This document shows positions 28,306-38,156 of a stretch of DNA of 64,000 nt, in pieces. The DNA comes from Pseudomonadota bacterium. Lineage in GTDB: Bacteria; SZUA-182; DTGQ01. A model generated the notes under the pieces. The model saw only the letters and a list, made by a program, of their open reading frames with translations, was not told the origin of the DNA and did not search any database. The stretch is taken from contig DAOURK010000008.1 in assembly GCA_030625085.1 (NCBI GenBank), positions 2,024 to 66,023 of the forward strand, read 5' to 3'. The position numbers and the translations under genes were made by a program. The first letter of the stretch is position 1; each line of letters starts with the position of its first letter.

Positions 28306-29290
28306 TATCTACCGGATAGATAAACATACCCGGCACACGGCCACGCGCTCCGATATGGAATAGATATTGCTCCTCGGGGCTAAATACCTTAACTGAATGC
28401 CTGAAGGCATCTACAATAAAGATCCTGCCCTCGCTATCCGCCGTAAGGCTGCTGGGGAATGAAAAACTGTCGTCATATAAAGCCCCATGTCGGCCAAAAG
28501 AAGAAACACGCTTGCCCTCAGGGTCCATGACGATAACGACCGGTGAGCCTTGGGCCGTAGTTACATATATCTTCCCTTTCGGGCCTACACCCAAGCCGGT
28601 CGGCAAAAGGCTTTTTTTATCTTTCCAGTGTTTACCGAGTCTTTTAATCACTTTACCCCCACCGGACATGACCCACACTATTCCCGTACTCCGGTCAATA
28701 ACCAGAAGGTTGCCTTGATGGTCGAAAGCCATTCGCCCCGGTGTTAATTCCCATCCCTTTTCATTCTTTTCCTTAGGGATGTTGGGGAGGGATGCTCTCC
28801 AGATACCTTTCCGGTCAAAAACCTCAATCGTTTTTTCGCTGATTTGGCTGATATATACACATTCGGATGATCCTTGATGATTTCCGATGACCAAATCAAA
28901 AGGCCGTTTAAGAGGCCGGGAGGTGTGAAATTGGCCGGCGGCATGACCATCAGTACCAAATATCATTACCCGATTGTTGTCAGTATCGGCCACATATATT
29001 CGAGAAGAATCAGTATTTAGGCAACACCCTTGAGGCCGCTTTAAGGGCAGGCCATCCGGTAAGCCGCTTGTCTGCCACAGGGCTTTATAGGTAATTTTCA
29101 GTCCTTCGGCCGATTTCGCCCTATCTTTTGTCCCCAAGTTTGAACTGCTTGAACTATTTGTATACGGCTGTTTACAAATAGCGTCGCTGGGCATACATAT
29201 TGGGGTTATTAAAAATATAAAAAAAGAGAGGGTAATATAGAGGGTATAACTCACGCTAAAAATTAGCCCTTTTCCCCTGTAATACATCAT
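28217..29290 (-). CDS. NHL-repeat beta-propeller protein, the partner of the OmcS-like cytochrome at 29313-30560.
   Basis: NHL blades are visible (IYVADTDNNRVMIFG, VYISQISEKTIEVFD, IFIVDAFRHSVKVFS). The track start at 29416 overlaps the upstream gene by about 100 nt. I chose Met43/44 at 29290, which gives a signal-like N-terminus MMYYRGKGLIFSVSYTLYITLSFFIF. Confidence 0.65.
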   Translation of the reverse strand: MMYYRGKGLIFSVSYTLYITLSFFIFLITPICMPSDAICKQPYTNSSSSSNLGTKDRAKSAEGLKITYKALWQTSGLPDGLPLKRPQGCCLNTDSSRIYVADTDNNRVMIFGTDGHAAGQFHTSRPLKRPFDLVIGNHQGSSECVYISQISEKTIEVFDRKGIWRASLPNIPKEKNEKGWELTPGRMAFDHQGNLLVIDRSTGIVWVMSGGGKVIKRLGKHWKDKKSLLPTGLGVGPKGKIYVTTAQGSPVVIVMDPEGKRVSSFGRHGALYDDSFSFPSSLTADSEGRIFIVDAFRHSVKVFSPEEQYLFHIGARGRVPGMFIYPVDIAVDPKGIVYVLEKGAGRLQALSTKSSSP

Positions 29291-29312
29291 TAAAATAATG
29301 ATAAAAATTTCT

Positions 29313-30560
29313 CTAATTTTTCCCTGAATGGCAAATCTTACATCCCGTGTTTTTACCATCATCGGCCTCCACCTGCTCATAATCCCAGCGAAGGATGTCT
29401 GGATAGGGTGAGGCATGGGCCCGATGACAGGAAAGACACATCACCTGATCATTGCCTCCATATCCGTTCCCTGTGCTTACCTTAAGTCTCTCAGAAGGAG
29501 TTATATAAGGCTCCAGATTTTTCCTGGCTACCGGGGCATCTAAATTATATTCCGTGTAGGCATCAAATTCTCCTCCCTCCGGCAATCCGATATGCGCAGG
29601 GTGTCTAAACCAGGGGCTGGCATTCACTCCCTCAGGGGAGGTTTTATCTTTAGCATGAAAATTCCCATGACAACCCCCGCAAGAATCACTTATCGAGTGG
29701 TCCGGATCGGCAGAGGTTGCATCTACATTACTTCCCTTATATTGATTAATTGGATAGTCATCCCCTTTTGATTGCTCCCAGTCGTAAGATTCAATGCCGT
29801 GAATTCCACTAATTTCAGCATCATGCCCCTTCAAAAAACGATAACAACCCACAGTATGATCCACTATGAGATTATAATCATCCGGGTTATTACTGACATG
29901 ATCTTCCGCATGATGGCTCTTTCTTATATTAGTATGGCAGCTTTTGCAGCCGCAATAAGGTTCATCGATAAGCGCCTGGTCACCGTTTAAGTTATGATCT
30001 CTTCCATTAAGATATTTATGGCAAGGAATACATGTGCCGGCATAAAGTCCGCTTTCCGTTCTGCCGGGGGCATCGTCCAACTCGGAATCCTTGAGGGAAA
30101 TACCCTCTGTTGCATCGATCCCACCAGGGCCGGCCAAAATATTGTGCCCTCTATCATCCCCAAGCGTCATCCAATAAAAATTACCACCTGCAAGTTCCTT
30201 ACCATCAGCCGGCTGTTGAGTATTATAGACAATGGGAATTCTGCTTGTCCCCGGATCAGCCGGATCGCCTCCCACATATTTAATGGTCTCGCTTCCCGTG
30301 TTGGAGTGACACCCGATACAATCAACCTTAGTTAAGGCGGAACCAGGCAGAGTGCCGCCGCCGATACCGTAGTTGACTGGATTTTGTATGTTTTCGGACG
30401 TCCCTTCCTGGCTGGTGTGCATAGTATGACAATTGTCACAATTTCCGGTAACCTTGGCCATGGAACGGGCCGGATTCGTAAATATGACTAATACGGCGAC
30501 AATACAACAATGCATAATAAAATGTAAACAGTGTTTATGCGCCTTTCCTTTCCCTCTCAC
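29313..30560 (-). CDS. OmcS-family (nanowire-type) multiheme cytochrome c with 7 CxxCH motifs.
   Basis: Signal peptide, then AKVTGNCDNCHTMHTSQEG. An internal MCLSCHRAHASPYPDILRW matches what I recall of the OmcS heme-5 region (NCLSCHRAHASGF...). The protein ends ...GCKICHSGKN. No alignment was run. Confidence 0.65.
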   Translation of the reverse strand: MRGKGKAHKHCLHFIMHCCIVAVLVIFTNPARSMAKVTGNCDNCHTMHTSQEGTSENIQNPVNYGIGGGTLPGSALTKVDCIGCHSNTGSETIKYVGGDPADPGTSRIPIVYNTQQPADGKELAGGNFYWMTLGDDRGHNILAGPGGIDATEGISLKDSELDDAPGRTESGLYAGTCIPCHKYLNGRDHNLNGDQALIDEPYCGCKSCHTNIRKSHHAEDHVSNNPDDYNLIVDHTVGCYRFLKGHDAEISGIHGIESYDWEQSKGDDYPINQYKGSNVDATSADPDHSISDSCGGCHGNFHAKDKTSPEGVNASPWFRHPAHIGLPEGGEFDAYTEYNLDAPVARKNLEPYITPSERLKVSTGNGYGGNDQVMCLSCHRAHASPYPDILRWDYEQVEADDGKNTGCKICHSGKN

Positions 30561-30704
30561 TTTAGCCCCCTTTCAACCCCCCATGTTAAATTACATAGTT
30601 TCATAAGTATACAAATAATCTTTTTGTTTTACAAGTAATAATCGGGTTTACCCACCAATTCTCATTTTGAACTTTTCGTTTTAAAAAACTCACTAAAACA
30701 ATAC

Positions 30705-31799
30705 TCAATCGATTATCCGAAACAATTCTACTCGTTTATTAAATAAATCTGCCACAGCCAACATACCATTTTTAGTTACGGCTAAATCCTGGGGGTGATT
30801 AAACCATCCGTGGTCAGTTCCACTCCCCCCGAATTCAGCTAAATAAGAGCCGTCACTATCATATACATTCAGGCAATGTCTCATATAATCGGTAATATAG
30901 ATCCTCCCCTTTTGGTCAACAGCAATGCCTCTTGGTCTGCTTAATGTGCGCGGGACGCCGCCTTTTCTTCCAAATTTAAATAAAAATTCAAATTTTTGAT
31001 TATATACAAATACCCTTCCCAGGGTTTCGCTTAATAAATAAATATTATCTTCTTTATCCAAAGCCAGATCACGAATCACCACCGGCTTGGGCTCTTTGCC
31101 CCTAAGGGCATCTATGGGGGTTAACATTCCGGAAAAAACCCCTTTTTTATCTAACACCACCACCCCCGGTTGGGTATAGCCGGCAAGATAGATTTTTTTC
31201 TCTTTATCTAAGGCTATAGCATTGGGGACAAAGGTTTTTGCTCCTTTAAACCCTTCAAATTGTATGGTCTTAATCTTCTTGCGATTAAAATTGAAGACCG
31301 AAATGAATGAGGATTTTTTTTCTGCAGAATTCTCTACGGCATAGACCTCTCCTTCTTCACTCACGGCAAAAAAAAGCGCGGAAATAAGACCCTGGCCTTT
31401 AGAAAGCGTGGCGCTTGGTTGGTATAAGTCACTGAAGATATAAAGTGTTTTAGCACCATCCCCCAGTATATACATTTCATCATAAGCATCGATATAAATA
31501 CAGGTAGGAGATCCTATTTTCTTTGTTTCGAATGCAGCCAAAGTGGAGGTATATTGAATCTGCGGTTTCTTGGGAGATTCAGCACAGGTTGCCTTTCCCT
31601 GAATGGCGCTGAAAAACAGAATGAGCGCCAGGATAAAAATCTTCCTGATAAATAGCGCCTGAACGCCTCCCCCTTTTTTGGTCCTTTCAACGACGTCAGA
31701 TTTCTCGCATTGCTTTTGATTTATTTTCATTCGGTCACTCAAGAGCAGTGCCATTAGATAAAATCCCTTCTTGGCAAAGCCTGTAAAAATTAAAATCAA
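30705..31799 (-). CDS. NHL-repeat beta-propeller protein, the partner of the OmcS-like cytochrome at 31838-32887.
   Basis: Blades seen: IYITDYMRHCLNVYDSDG, LAVADLFNKRVELFRIID. An N-terminal hydrophobic anchor (IFILALILFFSAIQG) is present. Confidence 0.65.
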   Translation of the reverse strand: MILIFTGFAKKGFYLMALLLSDRMKINQKQCEKSDVVERTKKGGGVQALFIRKIFILALILFFSAIQGKATCAESPKKPQIQYTSTLAAFETKKIGSPTCIYIDAYDEMYILGDGAKTLYIFSDLYQPSATLSKGQGLISALFFAVSEEGEVYAVENSAEKKSSFISVFNFNRKKIKTIQFEGFKGAKTFVPNAIALDKEKKIYLAGYTQPGVVVLDKKGVFSGMLTPIDALRGKEPKPVVIRDLALDKEDNIYLLSETLGRVFVYNQKFEFLFKFGRKGGVPRTLSRPRGIAVDQKGRIYITDYMRHCLNVYDSDGSYLAEFGGSGTDHGWFNHPQDLAVTKNGMLAVADLFNKRVELFRIID

Positions 31800-31837
31800 A
31801 GAAAGAGGGCCAACCCTCTTCCTTTGATTTTTACCGG

Positions 31838-32887
31838 CTATCTCTGGTTATTATGACAGCTTAAGCATCCGGGGACATCCCCATCGCCGGCAATCTGTAA
31901 ATCATAGTCAAATCGTAAAATATCATTATTCCCCGTGCCGTGGGCTCGATGACAGGACAAGCAGGTAACCCTTCCTACCTTCGTTTCATCTGCCTCGGCA
32001 AATCCCAGAGGATTATTCACTCTGTCCTCATCATCATAATTTGTATCATGTGCAGTACCATTATCATTGACGATTCCCCAGGTCTCCTCGTAACCTCCGC
32101 CTGTATGGGGGATATCAATATCTGTAGGATGGCGGACAAAGGGCGATGAGCCCTGTAAATGAAAATTACCATGGCATTTTCCGCAAAAATCACTAATAGT
32201 TACCTCATCCTCTCCAGCGCTATAGACATTATAATTAGGGTCCGATGAAGCACCGGTAATTAAACCTTCTTCATAATCGCCACACCCCTTACCAACAACA
32301 GGGTCCCCATCTACATAAAGCATCCGATAGGTGGAACTAACATTGTGATGCCCTTTTTTGATTGCTTCAGTATCATCAACTGAGGTTTGATTTCCATGAC
32401 ACCCTGTGGCTCCGGCGCAGGTGAACTTATGTTCACCGCCGTCATCTCCCTTATACCAATCCTCCCCAGAGGGATTATATCCCACAGGTGTTTCCGTACT
32501 CCCCAGGGTATGACTATTATCATCATGGTTTTCATCGTCAGTATCATCAGTAAAAAAGCCACCGGCCAGACACTGACCATCACTTAAAGCCGTACCTTGA
32601 ACAAAAGGCGTATGATAGGTATCATCACGGGGATCGGTGCTGCCGTCCGGCGCAGTATGGCAACCGATACAATCATCTTTCAATAAGATTTCATAGGGCC
32701 CCTCCATGCCGTATTCCAGAGGAACGGTGCCATTCTGGCTGTAATGCATAGTATGACAATCATTGCACGAGCCGCCGACATCGGCCCCGGCAATATTTCC
32801 GGTAGCCACTATAATCAAACATGATACAGCTAAAACCATAGAATTTAATATGATACTTTTTATCTGTTTGGTGATATGTTTCATCAT
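31838..32887 (-). CDS. OmcS-family hexaheme cytochrome c.
   Basis: Motifs seen: ADVGGSCNDCHTMHYSQNG, CIGCH, CAGATGCH (CxxxxCH), CGKCHGNFH, VTCLSCHRAHGTGNNDILRFDY. The C-terminal end is ...GCLSCHNNQR. Confidence 0.65.
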   Translation of the reverse strand: MMKHITKQIKSIILNSMVLAVSCLIIVATGNIAGADVGGSCNDCHTMHYSQNGTVPLEYGMEGPYEILLKDDCIGCHTAPDGSTDPRDDTYHTPFVQGTALSDGQCLAGGFFTDDTDDENHDDNSHTLGSTETPVGYNPSGEDWYKGDDGGEHKFTCAGATGCHGNQTSVDDTEAIKKGHHNVSSTYRMLYVDGDPVVGKGCGDYEEGLITGASSDPNYNVYSAGEDEVTISDFCGKCHGNFHLQGSSPFVRHPTDIDIPHTGGGYEETWGIVNDNGTAHDTNYDDEDRVNNPLGFAEADETKVGRVTCLSCHRAHGTGNNDILRFDYDLQIAGDGDVPGCLSCHNNQR

Positions 32888-33007
32888 TACTCTAACCTCC
32901 TATAACCTCTCTTTTAACCTTAAAGTTAACTCCAGGATTATGCCTTCCGGCACAATCAGACCTATCTTCATTGTTTTTTTATTTGGCCGGCCGATTTACA
33001 CCTCCCT

Positions 33008-34045
33008 TCATTTTTTTCTATGTTTAGTTTGAAATATCTGTACTCTTTTATTGAACGTATCGGCCACAAACAACCTGCCTTTATTGTCAATACATATATC
33101 TTTGGGATAACTGAACCATCCCGGCCCCCAGCCTTCGCCCCCGAACTCATTCATGAACTCACCGGAAGAATCAAATGTTAAGAGGGTGTGTCGCATGTAG
33201 TCCATGACGTAAGTCACGCCATCTGCGGGATCAACAGTGAGCCCCTGGGCTCGGCTCAGTTTGCCGGGGCTTCCGCCTTTTTTGCCGAATGCCCGTATTT
33301 TTTTCTCTCCTTTGATATCGTATACGTGAACCTGACCGTGCCATTCGCTCAAAAGATAGATATGGTCTCCTTTCAGGGTTACTCTGTTCACATCCGCTTT
33401 CTTTTCCTCTCCGCTTCTTTTTTTTCCAAAGGGTTCAATGGCCCTTATAAATTCGCCCTTTCTATTTAAGATAATCAGCTTTCCACAAGAGCCGCCGGCA
33501 AGGTAGAGATTCCCTTTCTCATCTACGGCTATGTCCCTGGCCCTAAAGCTTTTGGCCCCGGCAAAGCCTTCAAAACGTATTGTTTTCCTCTTGCGGCCAA
33601 GGGGATCAAAAACCAGAATCAGGCCCTTCCCCGCATTACAGGTGATTTCTTCGGAAACATAGATCATCCCCTTGGTATCCACAGCCACACTTAAGGGAGA
33701 CTTAAGCCCATGAGATTTATCTATTACTGATATGGGGATAAAATTCTTGTCATAAATCAACACCTTCTGAAGACCGCTATCCAGGATATAGATCTCTCCG
33801 TTTTGGGTGACGTAGACATCGGTAGGAAATTGTAACGAGACATCCATCCCCGATTTAATGGCATCTAAATAAGTAATTTTTTTCTTATCAAAGGCGTAAC
33901 AGGTGATGGGTGCTGCTATGATGAACAATAGGGAGGAGAGGATTGATATCAAGCACAGCAAGGCGCAAACAGACAATCGCCGGGGAGGGATTTGTCTTTT
34001 TGTTGTTTCGGTAGTTTCTGTTGTTAGACTTAAGATGCTTAACAC
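33008..34045 (-). CDS. NHL-repeat beta-propeller protein, the first gene of the minus-strand array.
   Basis: Blades seen: IYVSEEITCNAGKGLILVFD, TYVMDYMRHTLLTFDSSGEF, LFVADTFNKRVQIFQ. An N-terminal TM segment (ALLCLISILSSLLFIIAAPI) is present. Confidence 0.65.
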   Translation of the reverse strand: MLSILSLTTETTETTKRQIPPRRLSVCALLCLISILSSLLFIIAAPITCYAFDKKKITYLDAIKSGMDVSLQFPTDVYVTQNGEIYILDSGLQKVLIYDKNFIPISVIDKSHGLKSPLSVAVDTKGMIYVSEEITCNAGKGLILVFDPLGRKRKTIRFEGFAGAKSFRARDIAVDEKGNLYLAGGSCGKLIILNRKGEFIRAIEPFGKKRSGEEKKADVNRVTLKGDHIYLLSEWHGQVHVYDIKGEKKIRAFGKKGGSPGKLSRAQGLTVDPADGVTYVMDYMRHTLLTFDSSGEFMNEFGGEGWGPGWFSYPKDICIDNKGRLFVADTFNKRVQIFQTKHRKK

Positions 34046-34100
34046 TGCCTGATACCTATAAAATCAACTTTGTCTAAATAGGCCGGGTTACTATTCTTTG

Positions 34101-34196
34101 GTCATTTTTTGTCTTTTCGATTTATTTTTAGATTTATTTTTAGTCATTTCGATTTATTTTTTTGTCATTTCGAGGAGCCTTAGCGACGAGAAATCT
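34101..34196. repeat. Degenerate tandem copies of (T)TCATTTCGATTTATTTTT ending in a half-copy of the 9246 element (GTCATTTCGAGGAGCCTTAGCGACGAGAAATCTT).
   Basis: Read directly from the sequence. There are 3-4 tandem ~20-bp units and then a 33-bp segment about 85% identical to 9246-9278. Confidence 0.55.
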
Positions 34197-35251
34197 TCAA
34201 ATTCGAGAAAGTGTATGGGGATTTTTACACTAATTGCGCATTTTGGCGAGATTCTTCTGTCAAAAAATCGTGAAGAACTGGTCCCCCCTTGTGATCCTAG
34301 ATGCTGTATGGTTTTTATTACAGTTAAATTTTAATTCGGGCAGATTTGTGCACAATAAAATTGTATACCTTATAAACTTTATCGGTTAATTAGTCAAGTA
34401 TTATCTGTATGTGCTGCTAATAAATTTAAAAAAATGTGGGGTGACTCGGTAGGAATTTATGAAGGGAAAAATGCAATGCTGATTTTAGAGGCCGGTTTTA
34501 TCGAGTGTAAGGTTTTTTTTACACTAATATCCCGTTTTGGGAAAATTTGTTCCCAATCATCATTAACTTTCCTGAAAATTGAATGCTCATAACCCGCCTT
34601 TTTCCCATTTAATTAATAAAATTATGCATTGTCTTTCATATCTTAAATTGGATCAAAAAAATAAATAAAGCTATTAATAACAAAGAGTTATCTTAATTAA
34701 ATACAAAATATATAAAAATATGCAAATTTCTTCATAATTTCTAATACGAATATACGTAAATTATTACCCGTTTTGGTGAATTGATAAGGGAAACACCCCT
34801 AAAAATTAACAATTATATTATTAATGGATATTTATTCTATTTAATTGGAGTATTTTCTCAATGGCATAATTTTTGCGGCCCTTCAAAGAAAACAATATTT
34901 TCCCCCCTTCGGGGAGTGTGTCAAATTTTAGCACCAATATATTTTTCACTATATATATAAAGGAAGGTATGGTTCAACAGTAAAGACACAGAAATTCCCC
35001 AAAAATCCATAAATATATTAAGTAAAAAATATATCTTAGACAAGGCACAAATTATGCATTTTATAGGTCACAAATAATCAAGAATTGGGTAGTAATTTCC
35101 AACTCATGAGCATGAGCGTGTGACCTCTAAGGACAAACTGTCAACAAAGTCCATCAATAAAGGCTTAAAAGGCAAAATCCCCGGCAAATGAAACGATACG
35201 TGTCTTTACTGCCATACCCGTAAGGATGGCTAAGGTTATTGAGGGTGGTTA

Positions 35252-35773
35252 ATGAGAGAGAGCTGTTTTTTAAAGAAAGCATTGCATGATACTTCAAGCA
35301 ATCGCGGTCGGATGAGCGCACAATCGACTGAACCCTCGATTGTGCACGGATCTTCTCACACCACATATCCTAAAGGCTCAGTCCCCGCTCATCGGTGGGT
35401 CATCGATAATCGATCCGCCATCTTTAATCAAAGGACAATTGCCAGCCTATGTGCAATCTCCGGTCGAATTTTAATCGTTTCGGCCATTCTCCTTTTCTTT
35501 CTTTGTTCGTATTTGTGTGTTTTCGCCCAGGAGGCAGAATATGACAAAGACAAGATAAAGTATCTGACCGCCATTCACGCATATGGCGAAAGAGATTCAT
35601 TTAGCCGCCCTACGGATATATTTGTTGATTCTCGCGGGGATATTTACCTGGCCGATTTTTCAAAAGCATCCGTCTTTATCTTTGACAGCGATTTTATGCC
35701 TGTGGCCAAAATAGACAAGGTCAACGCCGCCCCTGGCCAGATTGCATTCAGCAAAAGGGATCAGGGTTTATAA
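35252..35773 (+). pseudogene. Truncated duplicate of the 5' end of the NHL gene at 36963-37913. Only about 90 aa are homologous.
   Basis: Protein ...AQEAEYDKDKIKYLTAIHAYGERDSFSRPTDIFVDSRGDIYLADFSKASVFIFDSDFMPVAKIDKVN aligns with the N-terminus of 36963-37913. DNA at 35560-35748 versus 37068-37248 is about 85% identical and includes a 47-bp identical run. Homology stops abruptly at 35748, and a stop follows 8 codons later. Confidence 0.6.
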
Positions 35774-35834
35774 ATCAAGGTTGTAAGAGGAACACAAACA
35801 AGGTTGTAGGGTAGGGAAAGTAGGTATATCAGAA

Positions 35835-36959
35835 ATGATGAAAGACCTAAAACTTATTTACCGAAGATCGCTATCGATTCATTATTTATTATTTGTGGTG
35901 ATTATTATTGCCTGCTTATCCCGGATACTTCAAAGACAGGCCAAGGCCAAGGTAACAGGCGAATGTGTGAACTGCCATACCATGCACAACAGCCAGGATG
36001 GGACCGCTGTGGATCCAAATGGGCCGAATCAGTATTTGCTTTCAAAATACTGTGTGGGCTGCCATTCGGCTACTGATGGATCTACATGGAAGGACCCTAT
36101 CACGGGGGCCCCCATTGTATATAACACGGCAGAGCCGTCTTACAATACGCAAAAGGGCCTGGCCGCAGGAAATTTCTATTACGTGGCGCAGGATCAAAGT
36201 AAAGGACACAACGTTACTGATATCCCGGGAGTGAGCAAAGATGACAATTTTCCGCCAACCCCTGGCCGCTGGGACGATGACGAAGACAATACGAAGAATT
36301 GTGGGGAGTGCCATGATCAGGGCCCGTCCTTACTTGTCGGCAGAACCTATCAAAATGTGTATTACAGCGGCTGTGAGTTTTGCCACGGTATATATGGTTC
36401 GCATCATGCTGATGATACTATTATTGACGGCCTTACTCAAGGCACAAGTTACCGCTTCCTGAAGACCTATGTCCACTGGGGTCATTCCGCGATCACAGGG
36501 GTTAAAGGCATTGAAGATAATGACTGGGAAAAAACCGTTGACCCAAACGATCATAATGAATATTGCGGAAAGGATGGCATAACGGAATCAAAACACTCAA
36601 TAAGTAGATATTGCGGCCATTGCCATGGAAAATTCCATGGAGCAGAGGATACCGGAAGCGTCTCTCCCTGGATTCGGCACCCCTCAGAAAATGACTTGCC
36701 GAGTGGCGACACTGAATATGCAGAGTATACCATTTATAATCCCGAGGCGCCCATTGCCAGGGATCCGGCGATTCTTGCAACCATGAACGGGCCTTCCAGA
36801 GAAGTAACAAGCGATGACCAGGTCTCGTGCATCTCCTGCCACAGGGTACATGGCAGCCCTTACGCTGATATACTCAGATGGAATTATAGCACTATGAAAG
36901 TGGGCGGAACAACAACCGGCGGATGTTTTACCTGCCATACCACCAAGAATGGTTTATAG
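35835..36959 (+). CDS. OmcS-family heptaheme cytochrome c.
   Basis: Motifs seen: AKAKVTGECVNCHTMHNSQDGT, CVGCH, CGECH, CEFCH, CGHCHGKFHG, VSCISCHRVHGSPYADILRWNY. The C-terminal end is ...GCFTCHTTKNGL. Confidence 0.65.
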   Translation: MMKDLKLIYRRSLSIHYLLFVVIIIACLSRILQRQAKAKVTGECVNCHTMHNSQDGTAVDPNGPNQYLLSKYCVGCHSATDGSTWKDPITGAPIVYNTAEPSYNTQKGLAAGNFYYVAQDQSKGHNVTDIPGVSKDDNFPPTPGRWDDDEDNTKNCGECHDQGPSLLVGRTYQNVYYSGCEFCHGIYGSHHADDTIIDGLTQGTSYRFLKTYVHWGHSAITGVKGIEDNDWEKTVDPNDHNEYCGKDGITESKHSISRYCGHCHGKFHGAEDTGSVSPWIRHPSENDLPSGDTEYAEYTIYNPEAPIARDPAILATMNGPSREVTSDDQVSCISCHRVHGSPYADILRWNYSTMKVGGTTTGGCFTCHTTKNGL

Positions 36960-36962
36960 CAT

Positions 36963-37913
36963 ATGTTAAAAAAGAAGGTTTTTAGAATAATGAAAATTAA
37001 AGGGATTGTGGCTTTAGTCATCTTATTCTCTTGCTCTCATGTCTTTGCTCAGGCGGGATATGAAAAAAACAAGATAAAGTTTCTGACCGCCATTTACGGA
37101 TACGGGGAAAGAGATGCATTTGACCGCCCCACGGACATATTTGTTGACTCTCGCGGGGATATTTATCTGGCTGATAGTTATAAAAAGGCAATTTTTATCT
37201 TTGACAGCGATTTTATGCCTGTGGCCAAAATAGACAAGGTCAACGGCTTGCTGGCCAGACCGCTGAGTGTGGCTGCAAATGATGAGGGGGTCCTCTTTGT
37301 TTCAGAAGAGTCAATAGGAAATAAACCCGGACGACTTCTTTCTTTTAATTTTAGAGGGGAATTCAAAAAACAGATTAAATTTAAAGGCTTTAAAGGGGCT
37401 GATAGGTTTTCTGCTCTTGATATGGCCGTGGATAAAGAAGGCAATCTGTACCTGGCCGGAGGCAAAGCCGGCCTGGTCATTTTAGATAAAGCCGGCAGGT
37501 ATTTAAAAACTATCCGGTCGGGCAGTATCAATAGCGAATATATAAGGTGTGTGGAGGTAAAGGGCGGAAATATCTTTGTCTTTAATTCAGGGACCTGCCG
37601 TATTTATGTTTATGACCGGGAAGGCAACTTTATTATTAAATTCGGAAGGGCCGGAGGGGTTGCCGGCACATTAAGCCGCCCCCAGGGGTTGGCTGTAGAT
37701 AATCAAACAGGCTTGATTTATGTTGCTGATTATATGCGACACTGCTTGACTGTATATGATCAAAAGGGCAAATACCTTTTTGAATACGGGGGGCTAGGCA
37801 CAGGAGCGGGCTGGTTTAACTATCCTAAAGGCATCTTTATTGATCACGGGGGAAGATTGTTAGTGGTGGACACTTTTAATAAACGGGTCCAGGTTTTTAC
37901 TATGAGGGACTAA
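36963..37913 (+). CDS. NHL-repeat beta-propeller protein, coupled 4 nt after the OmcS-like gene.
   Basis: Signal sequence IVALVILFSCSHVFA. Blades seen: IYLADSYKKAIFIFD, LYLAGGKAGLVILDKAG, IYVADYMRHCLTVYDQKG, LLVVDTFNKRVQVFT. Confidence 0.7.
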   Translation: MLKKKVFRIMKIKGIVALVILFSCSHVFAQAGYEKNKIKFLTAIYGYGERDAFDRPTDIFVDSRGDIYLADSYKKAIFIFDSDFMPVAKIDKVNGLLARPLSVAANDEGVLFVSEESIGNKPGRLLSFNFRGEFKKQIKFKGFKGADRFSALDMAVDKEGNLYLAGGKAGLVILDKAGRYLKTIRSGSINSEYIRCVEVKGGNIFVFNSGTCRIYVYDREGNFIIKFGRAGGVAGTLSRPQGLAVDNQTGLIYVADYMRHCLTVYDQKGKYLFEYGGLGTGAGWFNYPKGIFIDHGGRLLVVDTFNKRVQVFTMRD

Positions 37914-38156
37914 AATTATTCTCTGATCATTTTGGCGAAGGAGGTGGTAAATTGAAAAATTTTTCATTTGGTTTTTATTATTGGGATGTATCAACTAAAG
38001 CCCAAAAAAATGTAAATGTAATAGAAGCGAAAGAGAGGTGATGCCAAAGGCTTATACCAAGACATGGATTGACTTAAGTATAGTCAATCTTATCGCGATC
38101 TAATGGCATTATTAAGCATTAGATCTTAACTTAAAAGGATCAGGAGGAAACAATTT

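Noticed and set aside
34098-34334. 78-aa ORF in the AT-rich divergent region.
   Set aside because: Low-complexity, made of repeat-derived codons (tandem TCATTTCGATTTATTTTT units), with no RBS. It is most likely non-coding.
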